NCBI GenBank assembly: GCA_009845995.1
Contig: VXYK01000013.1
Span: forward strand, 2,010 to 66,009
Direction of reading: 5' to 3'
Source of the DNA: Acidimicrobiaceae bacterium
Lineage (GTDB): Bacteria; Actinomycetota; Acidimicrobiia; Acidimicrobiales; Aldehydirespiratoraceae
Length of the DNA: 64,000 nt
Position numbers and translations under genes: made by a program. Below, piece by piece: positions 46,541 through 56,300 of the stretch. The notes beneath the pieces are model-generated. The model did not search any database. It saw only the letters and a list, made by a program, of their open reading frames with translations, and was not told the DNA's origin. Positions within the stretch are counted from its first letter, which is position 1; each line of letters opens with the position of its first letter.

Positions 46541-48560
46541 TTGACGCTTCCATCACATCAAGCAGGGCGCGGAGCTTCACACCCGTTTCGGCCAACTCGT
46601 CGGCCGAAACCGACTCGGCGACCACCCCTGCACCCGAGAACAACACCGCCGCCGAACCGCTCACCAAGGCGGATCTCAGAGCCACGCACAACTCTCCGTT
46701 GCCATCGAGATCACACCAGCCGACCGGTGCCGCGTACCAACCTCGATCAAACCCTTCGCGCGCAAGGATCCAGTCAACTGCTGTCTCGGTCGGGGTGCCC
46801 GCAACCGCAGGCGTGGGGTGCAGCACACTGGCGACGCGCAGCACATCCATATCACTTACACCACCCGTTCTTCGCTGAACCTGCGCGGTGATCGGAGTGC
46901 GAAGGTGCAGCACCCGGGCCAAGCGCATGACCTCAGGTTCGGGGTGAAATTTGCCCTGTAGCCCAAGCACTTCGAGTCTTCCGATGATGTCGTCAACAAC
47001 AAACTGATGCTCGGCCCTTGTCTTGGGCGAACTCATCAACTCAGCGACCAGACTCTCATCGGTCTGTGCTATCGCGCCGGTGCTGACCGTGCCGGCGACC
47101 GCTTCAGTCCGGACTGCAGGGCCATCAAGCGCGACGAGCTGCTCAGGACTGGCACCGAGAAACTGTCGGTCACCGACCGCAATGGAGAACACCGCGCAGT
47201 TCTGGTAGCGATGCCGAAGCCGATGCAACACATCAATGGGGTCGACGATGTCTTCTTCGTGGATCCGCGCCAGCACCACTTTGCGAAACTCATCGTCAGC
47301 GATCGCATCAGCCGCATCGTCGACAAGGCTCAGGTAGCGCTGATCATCGGCAACTACGTCACCCGAGGTCACTTCAAAGGGGCCGGTCAGCGGCTCGGGC
47401 AAATCAGCTGCGAAGACATCAAGGCGCTCATCGAGGGCGGTGGTGACTCGCGTCTCGTCTTCACCGTCGCCCACTTTGGCGGCTGCCAACAGCCAAGTGC
47501 CGTCGGGGCGATCAACAACCGTGATCTTTGGGAGCACCCAACGGGCGTCAGGGAAACCAGCCCAATCAGGGCTGGCGGTTCGCCCCTCGAGGGGCAACTC
47601 TACGGACTGTTCCGCGCACGTAAACGAGAATCCGCCGACGAGGACCGGCGCGGGAGCATCTCTGGGTCCGACTCGTTGGGTTCGCACCGCGAGCGCTGCC
47701 CGCGCAGCCGAGGCTGCCGAGAAGCGTCCGTCACCAACGGGGGCAATGGTTTCGACCGCACCGAGACCTACCAAAGAGAGATCGAAATCCGGGCGAATCC
47801 AGAGAGTCCGATGATGTTCAGATGACGCAGCGAACACCGCGACGGGATCGAGCCGTTCGGCCAATCGCCTGCCAACAACGATGGTGCCCCCACCAATGGC
47901 AGCGTCGTCGCTGAGGCGGGCGAGGGCGCGGCTTACCAGCGTTTGCTCGAAGTGGCGGGCAACGAGTCCGGAAACGACAGGGACGAGACGTGCCAGCAAC
48001 CCCACGAGTTCGTCGCGATCACCACCCTGGTGATCTGAGTGACGCTTGAACAGTTCGATCGAGTCGTCGACGACGTCTTCTACGTGAGTGGCGTGGCGCA
48101 TTGCCAGGGCCGTCAATTCTTCGAAACTCACGCCTGAGGCAACCAGGGTGCGGGCGGCGGCGAGCATCTCGACTGCGTCGGGTGAGAAGCGTTGCTCAGC
48201 ACCCTCACCGGTGGGCGTGATCAAACCGGCTCCGACCACGATGTCGATCATGAACTCGGGGATTTCTGCTCGTCGCGCCAGTTCGGTCCGGTCCAGGTCG
48301 GGGTCCGCGGCGTTGCGGTTTGCCAGATCGGCAAGAAGTCCAGAAGCATCACCGGTGGACAGTTCCTTGATCTGGGCCAGCGTGAAACCGCGGTCGGAGA
48401 GGTCGTGTATTTGCCGCAGGCGAGTCAGGTGGGAGTCGTTGTATACGGCGATGCGGCCCTGCCGCGCCGGTGGTGCGAGTAGTTTGCGGCGCTGGTAGTA
48501 GCGGATCGTGTCGACACCGACATTGCCAGCTTCAGCCAGCTCTTCAACTCGGTAGTTCAC
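46530..48560 (-). CDS. menF: MerR-family HTH domain fused to isochorismate synthase
   Basis: From GTG 48560: VNYRVEELAEAGNVGVDTIRYYQRRKLLAPPARQGRIAVYNDSHLTRLRQIHDLSDRGFTLAQIKEL (MerR HTH). A ~200-aa helical region follows, then a ~450-aa chorismate-binding domain (SPEQLV, LHPTPAVAGTP, RGWYAAPVGW, GAGVVAES). One uninterrupted frame. Overlaps menD by 11 nt. Confidence 0.8.
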   Translation of the reverse strand: MNYRVEELAEAGNVGVDTIRYYQRRKLLAPPARQGRIAVYNDSHLTRLRQIHDLSDRGFTLAQIKELSTGDASGLLADLANRNAADPDLDRTELARRAEIPEFMIDIVVGAGLITPTGEGAEQRFSPDAVEMLAAARTLVASGVSFEELTALAMRHATHVEDVVDDSIELFKRHSDHQGGDRDELVGLLARLVPVVSGLVARHFEQTLVSRALARLSDDAAIGGGTIVVGRRLAERLDPVAVFAASSEHHRTLWIRPDFDLSLVGLGAVETIAPVGDGRFSAASAARAALAVRTQRVGPRDAPAPVLVGGFSFTCAEQSVELPLEGRTASPDWAGFPDARWVLPKITVVDRPDGTWLLAAAKVGDGEDETRVTTALDERLDVFAADLPEPLTGPFEVTSGDVVADDQRYLSLVDDAADAIADDEFRKVVLARIHEEDIVDPIDVLHRLRHRYQNCAVFSIAVGDRQFLGASPEQLVALDGPAVRTEAVAGTVSTGAIAQTDESLVAELMSSPKTRAEHQFVVDDIIGRLEVLGLQGKFHPEPEVMRLARVLHLRTPITAQVQRRTGGVSDMDVLRVASVLHPTPAVAGTPTETAVDWILAREGFDRGWYAAPVGWCDLDGNGELCVALRSALVSGSAAVLFSGAGVVAESVSADELAETGVKLRALLDVMEASSGF

Positions 48561-48586
48561 ATCGACTCTCGGGGTTGTCCAACAAG

Positions 48587-48615
48587 GCGAGTCAATTATA
48601 AGAGTGTTTACTCGC
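48587..48615 (-). promoter_or_regulatory. Dyad GCGAGT-N17-ACTCGC enclosing a TATAAT hexamer (minus strand, 48600-48595), ~35 nt upstream of the MerR-menF start
   Basis: Read directly. Candidate promoter with an autoregulatory operator. Confidence 0.4.
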
Positions 48616-48658
48616 TGAGTCTCTACTCCAAAGTTTGTTGTTCGTGCTGAACCCCCTG

Positions 48659-49051
48659 TTACCAGCCGATGCGGTGGCGGAATGATCGAGCTCCCTCGCA
48701 TCGGGCACCCAGTTGTTCTGCACGGGCGATCAGGGCACGGTCTGACGACACGATGGTCACCGCGTTGTCGCCTCCGCTGTCGGATTCGCCGCAGTTGAGC
48801 TCCGTGAGAAGCGCAATGATCTCATCGTCGGCAGCATCAGGATCTGAACGTCCCGCGTAGCGCAACTCAACATTGCCCCGTGTGCCAGCGTGCAGGCCGG
48901 GAGCGGGGCGGCCATCAGCGACCACGACTACCCACTCTTCCAAGTCAGCGGCCACCAGCGCGTCGACGAGCTGAGCCAGCGCGCGGTCACGGTCCTTCCA
49001 CCAGCCATCGGGCTTGGATCCGACCACATTCATGGCATCAACCACGATCAT
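48659..49051 (-). CDS. NYN/PIN-like domain protein (YacP-like predicted RNA-binding nuclease)
   Basis: 130 aa. MIVVDAMNVVGSKPDGWW ... VVVVADG ... ADDEII ... TIVSSDRALIARA is typical of the small actinobacterial NYN-domain family. Confidence 0.65.
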   Translation of the reverse strand: MIVVDAMNVVGSKPDGWWKDRDRALAQLVDALVAADLEEWVVVVADGRPAPGLHAGTRGNVELRYAGRSDPDAADDEIIALLTELNCGESDSGGDNAVTIVSSDRALIARAEQLGARCEGARSFRHRIGW

Positions 49052-49092
49052 TCCCCAACCGTGTCACACAGCGTGCGTACCATCGACTCCTG

Positions 49093-52000
49093 ATGCCGAT
49101 TACTCTCGAAATCACCGGTTACGGAGAACCGGCGCACGCGGCGCTCGCAAACACCGTCGAGCGCTACAAGCGCGAAGACCCTCTGAGTCCGGTGAGTGTC
49201 ATCGTGTGGTCCAACTACATGGGGATCGCCGCTCGTCGTGGACTCGGGCAGCGCCGCGGCGTAGCAGCAGTCAACTTCCTTACGCCCTACAGGCTCGCCG
49301 AACTGCTCGGATCTGCCGCGGTGGCCGCCACGGGTAGACGGCCGATCTCAACCCCGGTTCTGGCGGGCGCCGTGCGCGCGGCGCTCAGCGATGCACCGGG
49401 CCGTTTCGAGGGAGTTCACACCCACCCGGCAACCGAACGGTCGCTGGTCAGAGCTCACCGGACCCTTTCAGAACTGCCGGCAGACACGCTGCGCAAGATC
49501 TCCGGTGCATCACACCGCACCGCTGATGTGGTTCGCGTGTACCACGCCGTCAATCGCAGAATCGAAGCCGACTATTCCAACGAGCAGGATCTGGTCGACG
49601 CTGCGATCGACACAATCGCCAGCGGAACTCCGATTCCTGCCGAGCTGGGACGACCCATTCTCTTCCTTCCGCAGCGAACCGGCAACAACCAGATCCGCCT
49701 GCTGCGCGCCCTCGGCCGGCACAGGGGATTACACATCATCGCCGCAGTCTCAGGCGTTGCCGACGCCGACGCCACAACACAGCTCACCGTCGAACAACTT
49801 GGGGCTGAGTGGTCGCCGCCACCATCGGTCACAGCGCCTGTCGCCGACCGGGCGCTCAGCGTTTCGGACGCCGACGAAGAAGTGCGCCATGCAGTGCGCA
49901 GCATCGTGGACGCATCACTCGAGGGAATCCCCTTCAACCGTTGCGCGGTGCTGTACGGCAGTCACGACCCCTACGCCCGGATGATCGCGGACGCTTTCGA
50001 CGCAGCAAGAATCGAATGGTTCGGAAAATCTGTGCAATCCACCGAATCTTCGCTGTTGGGTCGAGCACTGCTCGGCATGCTCGGGTTGATCGATCACGAC
50101 TTTTCTCGGCACGACGTCTGTGCATGGTTGGCGAGTGCGCCGGTGCGACGCACCGACAAAAGACCTGTTCCGGCGGCTGCTTGGGAAAGGGCCACACGGG
50201 CGGCCGGCATCGTGTCGGGGCTCGATCAGTGGATCAGTCGCCTGGCCCGCTTGGTCGACGACTTGAACGCAGATGCTCAACTCTTCGAGCACGACGAAGA
50301 GCAAGAGTGGCGCGTTCGCCGCTTGCGCAAAGAAGCCGCGCACGCCTCCGAGTTGGCTGCGTTCATCACCAAACTGGCAGCCGACCTCCATCCCGGCGAC
50401 AGCCAGAGATCATGGTCGGGCATCGCCGGCTGGTGCACCAAACTGCAGCGCACCTACTTCGGCAACGAGGCGTCCCGCGACGACTGGCCGTTACATGAGC
50501 GACGTGCGGCAGAGCGCATCGACGCCGCGATCTCCAGGATCGGCGACCTGGACGGGATCGACCCGAATCCCAGCTTGACTGCTTTCCGCCGAGCGCTGGA
50601 ACTCGAACTTGCCGACGATCTGGGCGTCCAGGGAACCTTCGGTCACGGGGTGCTGATCGGCCCTCTTCATCTGGGGGTCGGACTCGAACTGGACCACGTG
50701 ATCGTGCTCGGGTTGGCTGAGGGGACCACCCCTGAACGTCGCCGGGACGACCCGCTGTTGCCCGATCACATCCGCGCGGTCGCAGGACCTGCACTTCCGA
50801 CCCGGGCGGAGAGCACACAGGACACGCACCGGGCCTTGCTGGCCGTAATGGCGGCTGCTGAGCACACGATGTTCACGTTTCCCCGCGGGGATCTTCGCCG
50901 GAACGCTCAGCGAGCTCCGAGCCGCTGGTTGCTCGATACGTGTGAAGCGCACGACGGTGTGCGGCCGACAGCGGACGATCTCGCCCGCAGCACCGGCGAC
51001 TGGTTCGTTGAGGTGCCTTCCTTCGTGGCCGGGTTGCGCTCCATCTCGTTTCCGGCTCACAACCAGGAATATGACATGCGTGCCGTTCTTGACTGGGCCG
51101 AAGACGGCCACGACATCTCCGATTCACCACTGGTGCAGCAACGCCGAGAACTGAGCCTCGGAGCGAGTCTCATCTCGAGTCGTAATTCGAATCGCTTCAC
51201 ACGCTACGACGGCAATCTGCGCCAAAGCCTCAGCGCAACCGCGCTGGAGTCTCTGAAGGCGAAGGGACAAGTGACTTCTGCGAGCAGGCTCGAAATGTGG
51301 GCCAAATGTCCACACGCCTTCTTTGTGCGTCACATCCTCGGCATAAACCCTGTCGAGGATCCCGAGGAGCAGTACCGGATCAGTCCTCTGGAGTTGGGCA
51401 CGCTCTTTCATCTGGCGCTGGAGCGCTGGATCGAACAGGCACGCGCCAAGGGGACACTGCCTGCCGCGTCGGAGCCATGGAGCGACGACGAGGTCGACCT
51501 CCTCATTGAGATCGGCCGGCAGGAGGCTGTCCGGCTCGAGAACCGAGGCCTCGTCGGGCGAGCGGTCTACTGGCAGCGGGACAAACAGGTCTTTCTCGAC
51601 GATCTCCGCAGATTCAGCCTGTTTGACTTTGAGCAGCGCTCCGAACGCGCGACCAGCTCGATTGCTTCGGAACTCCGGTTCGGTCTGCCCATGAGCGATC
51701 AGGGACCGATCGCCATCTCGCTTCCCGACGGCCGAACGCTCAATCTACGCGGTGCCATTGATCGAGTGGATGAGGACCCAGAGGGAAATCTGCTGGTAAT
51801 CGACTACAAAACGGGTTCCGCAAGGACGTTCAAGAAGCTTGACGAGGATCCGCTCAGAGGCGGCACCAGCCTCCAACTCTTGCTCTATGCCCTGGCCGCT
51901 CGGATATTGCTCGATCGCGCTGACGCGCCCACGTTCGGTTCGTACTGGTTCGTCACGCGCCGAGGCGGGTTCCGACCGCAGGGCTATTCGATAACTCCAG

Positions 52001-52227
52001 AACTGGAAGCCGGAGGGCTGCGCATGATCGCCGACATCATCGACTGCATCGAATCGGGGCTGTTCCCCGCGCACCCCGCACCGCCAAAATTTCGTCCTTG
52101 GGTCGACTGCTACTTCTGTGAGCCCGACGGTTTGGGCCTCTCTCATCAATACTCGGACTGGCTGCGCATGCACGGTGATCCCGAACTTCAGCCCTATCTC
52201 GAGATCAACGGAGACGACCATGACTGA
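49093..52227 (+). CDS. AddB-like helicase-nuclease subunit (PD-(D/E)XK nuclease; no Walker A seen)
   Basis: ATG 49093. The track ORF from 48880 is an Arg/Pro-rich over-extension antisense to the NYN gene. The C-terminal nuclease motif is GAIDRVDEDPEGNLLVIDYKTG. Cysteines in AKCPHAFF and VDCYFCEPDG fit an Fe-S/RecB-type nuclease domain. Overlaps the next gene by 8 nt. Confidence 0.75.
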   Translation: MPITLEITGYGEPAHAALANTVERYKREDPLSPVSVIVWSNYMGIAARRGLGQRRGVAAVNFLTPYRLAELLGSAAVAATGRRPISTPVLAGAVRAALSDAPGRFEGVHTHPATERSLVRAHRTLSELPADTLRKISGASHRTADVVRVYHAVNRRIEADYSNEQDLVDAAIDTIASGTPIPAELGRPILFLPQRTGNNQIRLLRALGRHRGLHIIAAVSGVADADATTQLTVEQLGAEWSPPPSVTAPVADRALSVSDADEEVRHAVRSIVDASLEGIPFNRCAVLYGSHDPYARMIADAFDAARIEWFGKSVQSTESSLLGRALLGMLGLIDHDFSRHDVCAWLASAPVRRTDKRPVPAAAWERATRAAGIVSGLDQWISRLARLVDDLNADAQLFEHDEEQEWRVRRLRKEAAHASELAAFITKLAADLHPGDSQRSWSGIAGWCTKLQRTYFGNEASRDDWPLHERRAAERIDAAISRIGDLDGIDPNPSLTAFRRALELELADDLGVQGTFGHGVLIGPLHLGVGLELDHVIVLGLAEGTTPERRRDDPLLPDHIRAVAGPALPTRAESTQDTHRALLAVMAAAEHTMFTFPRGDLRRNAQRAPSRWLLDTCEAHDGVRPTADDLARSTGDWFVEVPSFVAGLRSISFPAHNQEYDMRAVLDWAEDGHDISDSPLVQQRRELSLGASLISSRNSNRFTRYDGNLRQSLSATALESLKAKGQVTSASRLEMWAKCPHAFFVRHILGINPVEDPEEQYRISPLELGTLFHLALERWIEQARAKGTLPAASEPWSDDEVDLLIEIGRQEAVRLENRGLVGRAVYWQRDKQVFLDDLRRFSLFDFEQRSERATSSIASELRFGLPMSDQGPIAISLPDGRTLNLRGAIDRVDEDPEGNLLVIDYKTGSARTFKKLDEDPLRGGTSLQLLLYALAARILLDRADAPTFGSYWFVTRRGGFRPQGYSITPELEAGGLRMIADIIDCIESGLFPAHPAPPKFRPWVDCYFCEPDGLGLSHQYSDWLRMHGDPELQPYLEINGDDHD

Positions 52228-55200
52228 CGCGTCGCAAACCTCCGAGACGGTCAGCGAGCCCGATCTTGGTGGCCAACGCCTTCCTGCGGACGAAGAGCAG
52301 CGTCTTCGAACACGCAATGAAAGAACCAAGAGTCTGTTCGTCGAGGCCGGTGCCGGCACCGGCAAGACCCGCGCCCTGGTTGACCGGGTGGAGGCACTGG
52401 TTCTCGAAGACGGAGTGGCCATGGAGACGATTGCCATGATCACGTTCACCGAAAAAGCAGCTACCGAACTTCGCGACCGCATTCGTCAACGTTTCGAACG
52501 TTCCGACCATCCGCTCGCCCTAGCCGCTCTCCAACAACTCGACGGTGCAGCGGTCGGAACGCTGCATTCGTTCGCCCAACGAATCCTTGCCGAGCACCCT
52601 GTCGAAGCGGGCCTTCCCCCCGGTATCGAAGTCCTTGATGAGATCGGCTCCCAAGTCGAGTTCGAGTACCAGTGGCAGCAGTTCCTCGACGAACTCCTCG
52701 AAGACCAATCGGTGGCCCGGTCTCTGCTGTCGCTGGAAACAGCGGGCGTGAAGCTCGATCATCTCCGGTCCTTGGCTCTGCAACTTTCCGACAACTGGGA
52801 CCTGATTGAAGAACGCCTCGATCTGACGCCGCCCCAACCCGAATCAATCGACACCGTTGATCTGCTCCAATGCTTCGACGAGGTGCTCGAGCTTCGCCGC
52901 TACTGCACCGATCCCTCAGACAAGCTCTTTGTCCACTTCGATCGGATTGCAGAGAATCGAGATGAACTGTCGAGCGCGTTCGACCACATTGAGGCGCTAG
53001 CGCTGGCCACCGACATGGGCCGTGAAAAAAGCGGTGCCACCAGGGCAGTCAAGCCGGGAGCAGCCGGCAGAGCAGCGAACTGGCGAATCGATGTTGAGCT
53101 GGTCAAGGTTGCGGTGAAGGATCTTGGCGAACAGTGCGACGAAGCGGTCCGGAAGGTGACAAGCGCAGCGCTGGGCTATGTCGGTGCCCGAATCGGCCGC
53201 TTTGTTCTAAACACAGTCGAAGAACGCCGCAAAACCGGACGTCTGCAGTTTCACGACCTGCTGGTGCGGGCCCGGCAACTCTTGCGCGACAAAGACGTAG
53301 GTGCCGAGGTTCGAGCCTCGCTCCACCAAAAGTTCACTCACCTCCTCCTCGACGAGTTTCAAGACACCGATCCGATCCAAATCGAGCTTGCCGTGCTGAT
53401 CGCTACCACCGAGAGCGATGTGGGCGGTCGCGAATGGAACGATCTGGAGGCGGCGCCCGGTCGGTTGTTCCTCGTCGGTGACCCCAAACAGTCGATATAC
53501 CGCTTCCGGCGGGCAGACATCGGTGTGTACTTGGCGGCCCGTGAACGGTTCACCGAACGCGCTGCATTGACCGTCAACTTCCGCACTGTGAATCCCATCA
53601 TCAAGTGGATCAACGATGTCTTTTCTGAGCTGATCCGCTACACACCCGGCAGCCAGCCAGAGTATGTGGCTCTGTCCCCGCATCGTCTTGATGTCGACAC
53701 AACGGGTCCCTCCGTGGCGATTCTGGGCGCCGAACCCATCCAAGGCGCGCTGACCGCCGCGGAACTACGCACTGCGGAGTCCGATGATGTCGCCGCGACA
53801 GTGGCAGAGGTTCTGGCAGGCAATGCTCCCTGGAAGGTCGAAGACTCCACTGGACGATGGCGGGCGGCCCGACCCAGCGACGTCTGCATTCTGTTGCCGT
53901 CTCGGATCAGCCTGGCCAGTCTTGAGCGCGCCCTGGAAGCAAACGGCGTCCCCTACCGAGCCGAAACTTCCAGTCTTGTCTACGCCACACGCGAGGTGCG
54001 TGAGCTCATGCTCACACTTCGCGCCGTCTGCGACCCAACCGACGAATTGGCCGCGGTTTCCGCTCTACGTTCCTTCGTCTACGGATGCGGAGACGACGAC
54101 CTGGCCAACTGGCGTCTCGAACACAACGGCCATTTCTCCTTGCACAACCCGATGGTTGCCGACCACCGCGGCCATCCAGTCGCCGACGCGCTCTCCCATC
54201 TCGCGACGCTTCACGATGAACGTCATTGGATGACCCCGGCGGGGTTGCTCGAGCGCGTTGTCCGCGAGCGCGCGGTGCTCGAAAGCGCGGTCGCGACGGG
54301 TGCCCCGAGGGACGTCTGGCGGCGATTGCGTTTCGTGGTCGATCAGGCAAGGGCATGGGCCGATGCAGGGGGCACCGATCTTCGGGCCTACCTGGAGTGG
54401 GCGCGCCGGCAGGGGCTCGACAATGCTCGGGTTTCCGAAACGGTTCTTCCCGAGACCGATGATGACAGCGTCAGGATCATGACGATTCATGGCGCCAAGG
54501 GGTTGGAGTTTCCCATCACAGTGATGGCGGGCATGACCACCATGTTCAAGAAGCCTCAACGAGGCCCCGCGGTACATTTTCCGCCCGGCCAACCCGCTCA
54601 GTTGAAGATCTCAAGCAGGGTCACCTCCGAACGGTTCGACGAGTGGAAAGCCTTCAACGACACGATGGACGAACACGAAAGGTTGCGACTGCTCTACGTC
54701 GCGGCAACTCGCGCCCGCGACCATCTGATCGTCTGTTTGCATCGTCCCAGCGCCGGACGGAGGAGCACAACGAGCGCGACGGTGCTGGCAGAGCACGCTC
54801 TGGACTGCGAATCTGCCACTCCGTTCGTTCCCACAGGTACCGGAATCGAGCCACTCAAAAGGGCCGACCGCCGTCCGTTGCTCGACAAGGAGCAATGGGT
54901 CGCCAGACGATCCGAAGCGACCGCCGACTCAAGCCGCCGAAGGGTGGTTTCCGCTACCAGACTGGCGAAGGAAGTCAGCGAGGCCGTTGATCTTGAGCCC
55001 GGGCTCAACAAGCCTCCGCGTAATCTTGATCTGCCGCCTTGGCTCAAGGGGCGTTACGGGAGTGACTTCGGGCGCGCCGTGCACGGCGTTCTACAAGTTG
55101 TCGATCTCGCCACCGGAGCCGGACTGCGCGAAGCTTCGGCGGCCCAGGCGGCGGCTGAAGGTGTCAACAACCAACGATCCGCAGTTGAACGGGTGGCCCG

Positions 55201-55609
55201 CGCTGCCATCGATTCGCAGGTGGCACAACAGGCCTCGGCCACCGAGTACTGGCGCGAAGTCTGGGTGGCCGCCACTGTCGGCGATTGCCTTATGGAAGGG
55301 TTTATCGATCTCCTCTACCGCGACGGTTCCGGTCTGGTTGTCGTTGACTGGAAAACCGACCGAGTCGACGATGACGACGACATCGCCACAAAATTGGACC
55401 GTTACCGCCTGCAGGGTGCCAGCTACGTTGCCGCGTTGGAAGCTGCCACCGCGCTGACTGTCGAACGAATGGTCTTCGTCTTTCTCAGCGAGGACGGCGC
55501 GATCGAACGAGAACTCCCCAGCCTGCGTAGCGCCGTTGCCGAGGTGCAGCAGCGAACACACGAACTAGCTGAACTGTCAGGTCTCAACACCCGACATCCA
55601 GACCTGTAG
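52220..55609 (+). CDS. UvrD/Rep-type helicase with C-terminal PD-(D/E)XK nuclease (AddA/RecB-like subunit)
   Basis: Walker A AGAGTGKT, LLDEFQDTDPIQ (motif II), VGDPKQSIYRFRRAD (motif III), IHGAKGLEF and LLYVAATRAR (motif VI). C-terminus GFIDLLYRDGSGLVVVDWKTD. Confidence 0.9.
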   Translation: MTDASQTSETVSEPDLGGQRLPADEEQRLRTRNERTKSLFVEAGAGTGKTRALVDRVEALVLEDGVAMETIAMITFTEKAATELRDRIRQRFERSDHPLALAALQQLDGAAVGTLHSFAQRILAEHPVEAGLPPGIEVLDEIGSQVEFEYQWQQFLDELLEDQSVARSLLSLETAGVKLDHLRSLALQLSDNWDLIEERLDLTPPQPESIDTVDLLQCFDEVLELRRYCTDPSDKLFVHFDRIAENRDELSSAFDHIEALALATDMGREKSGATRAVKPGAAGRAANWRIDVELVKVAVKDLGEQCDEAVRKVTSAALGYVGARIGRFVLNTVEERRKTGRLQFHDLLVRARQLLRDKDVGAEVRASLHQKFTHLLLDEFQDTDPIQIELAVLIATTESDVGGREWNDLEAAPGRLFLVGDPKQSIYRFRRADIGVYLAARERFTERAALTVNFRTVNPIIKWINDVFSELIRYTPGSQPEYVALSPHRLDVDTTGPSVAILGAEPIQGALTAAELRTAESDDVAATVAEVLAGNAPWKVEDSTGRWRAARPSDVCILLPSRISLASLERALEANGVPYRAETSSLVYATREVRELMLTLRAVCDPTDELAAVSALRSFVYGCGDDDLANWRLEHNGHFSLHNPMVADHRGHPVADALSHLATLHDERHWMTPAGLLERVVRERAVLESAVATGAPRDVWRRLRFVVDQARAWADAGGTDLRAYLEWARRQGLDNARVSETVLPETDDDSVRIMTIHGAKGLEFPITVMAGMTTMFKKPQRGPAVHFPPGQPAQLKISSRVTSERFDEWKAFNDTMDEHERLRLLYVAATRARDHLIVCLHRPSAGRRSTTSATVLAEHALDCESATPFVPTGTGIEPLKRADRRPLLDKEQWVARRSEATADSSRRRVVSATRLAKEVSEAVDLEPGLNKPPRNLDLPPWLKGRYGSDFGRAVHGVLQVVDLATGAGLREASAAQAAAEGVNNQRSAVERVARAAIDSQVAQQASATEYWREVWVAATVGDCLMEGFIDLLYRDGSGLVVVDWKTDRVDDDDDIATKLDRYRLQGASYVAALEAATALTVERMVFVFLSEDGAIERELPSLRSAVAEVQQRTHELAELSGLNTRHPDL

Positions 55610-55640
55610 TTCCTTGGGTCGGAATTATCTCCCCGGTCTC

Positions 55641-56231
55641 TCAGCGGCGACGGACCCGCTCACTCAGTTCTTCGGAGAGTCGCGCAATTCGAACGCCCAA
55701 CTCGGTGCGCTCTGCGACATCGATCTCCCCGATGTCGAGATCGAACGCGTCCAGAACCAACTCCAGCGACGACCGGGCCAGTTCCGCGCCTGCACTGGTC
55801 AGTTCGATGAGGACGCGGCGCTTGTCGTCGGGATCAGCGATGCGTCGAACCGACCCGCGATCCTCGAGGCGACGAATGGTCTTGGTCGTTCCGCCAGTCG
55901 TTTGCACCAGTCGATCAGCAAGCTCGCCGGCGGTGAGCCGGTGGGGTGGACCCTCGATACGAAGTGCGCTCAAAAGGGTGAACTCTGAGGTGTCGAGTCC
56001 TTCGTCCAGCAGAATGTCGGACAACAGCGCTTCAAGTTGACGGCCAGTTCTGAAAGCCCATAGCAAGACTACGAAGGTTGCGCGATGTCGTTCGCCGACC
56101 ATGGGCACCAGCGATTCCAGTGCGGTGCTCCATCTGTGGTCACCGGCCGACCGCGTCTTTGGGTCGCCCGCAGATGCACCCAGCGAGCCCAGTAGATCAG
56201 CGTTCAGTTCATTTGAGGTCTCATCGGACAC
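55641..56231 (-). CDS. MarR family transcriptional regulator
   Basis: Winged-helix region LTAGELADRLVQTTGGTTKTIRRLEDRGSVRRIADPDDKRRVLIELT. Divergent from the P450 gene. Confidence 0.85.
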   Translation of the reverse strand: MSDETSNELNADLLGSLGASAGDPKTRSAGDHRWSTALESLVPMVGERHRATFVVLLWAFRTGRQLEALLSDILLDEGLDTSEFTLLSALRIEGPPHRLTAGELADRLVQTTGGTTKTIRRLEDRGSVRRIADPDDKRRVLIELTSAGAELARSSLELVLDAFDLDIGEIDVAERTELGVRIARLSEELSERVRRR

Positions 56232-56300
56232 ATCCGCAGGTTAGCCAGTTTCCACCGGTCAACCCAAGGGACTCCGTGCGTCCCCAGAATAATTCAATAA

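Noticed and set aside
48880-49092. Upstream extension of the AddB-like ORF (MCQRAGRERGGHQRPRLP...).
   Set aside because: It is Arg/Pro-rich, antisense to the NYN-domain gene, and has no homology features. ATG 49093 gives a sensible N-terminus.
49093-55609. The helicase-nuclease pair as a candidate anti-phage defence system.
   Set aside because: Its motif content and two-gene architecture match housekeeping AddAB/AdnAB-type recombination enzymes. No methylase, sensor or other defence-associated partners are adjacent.
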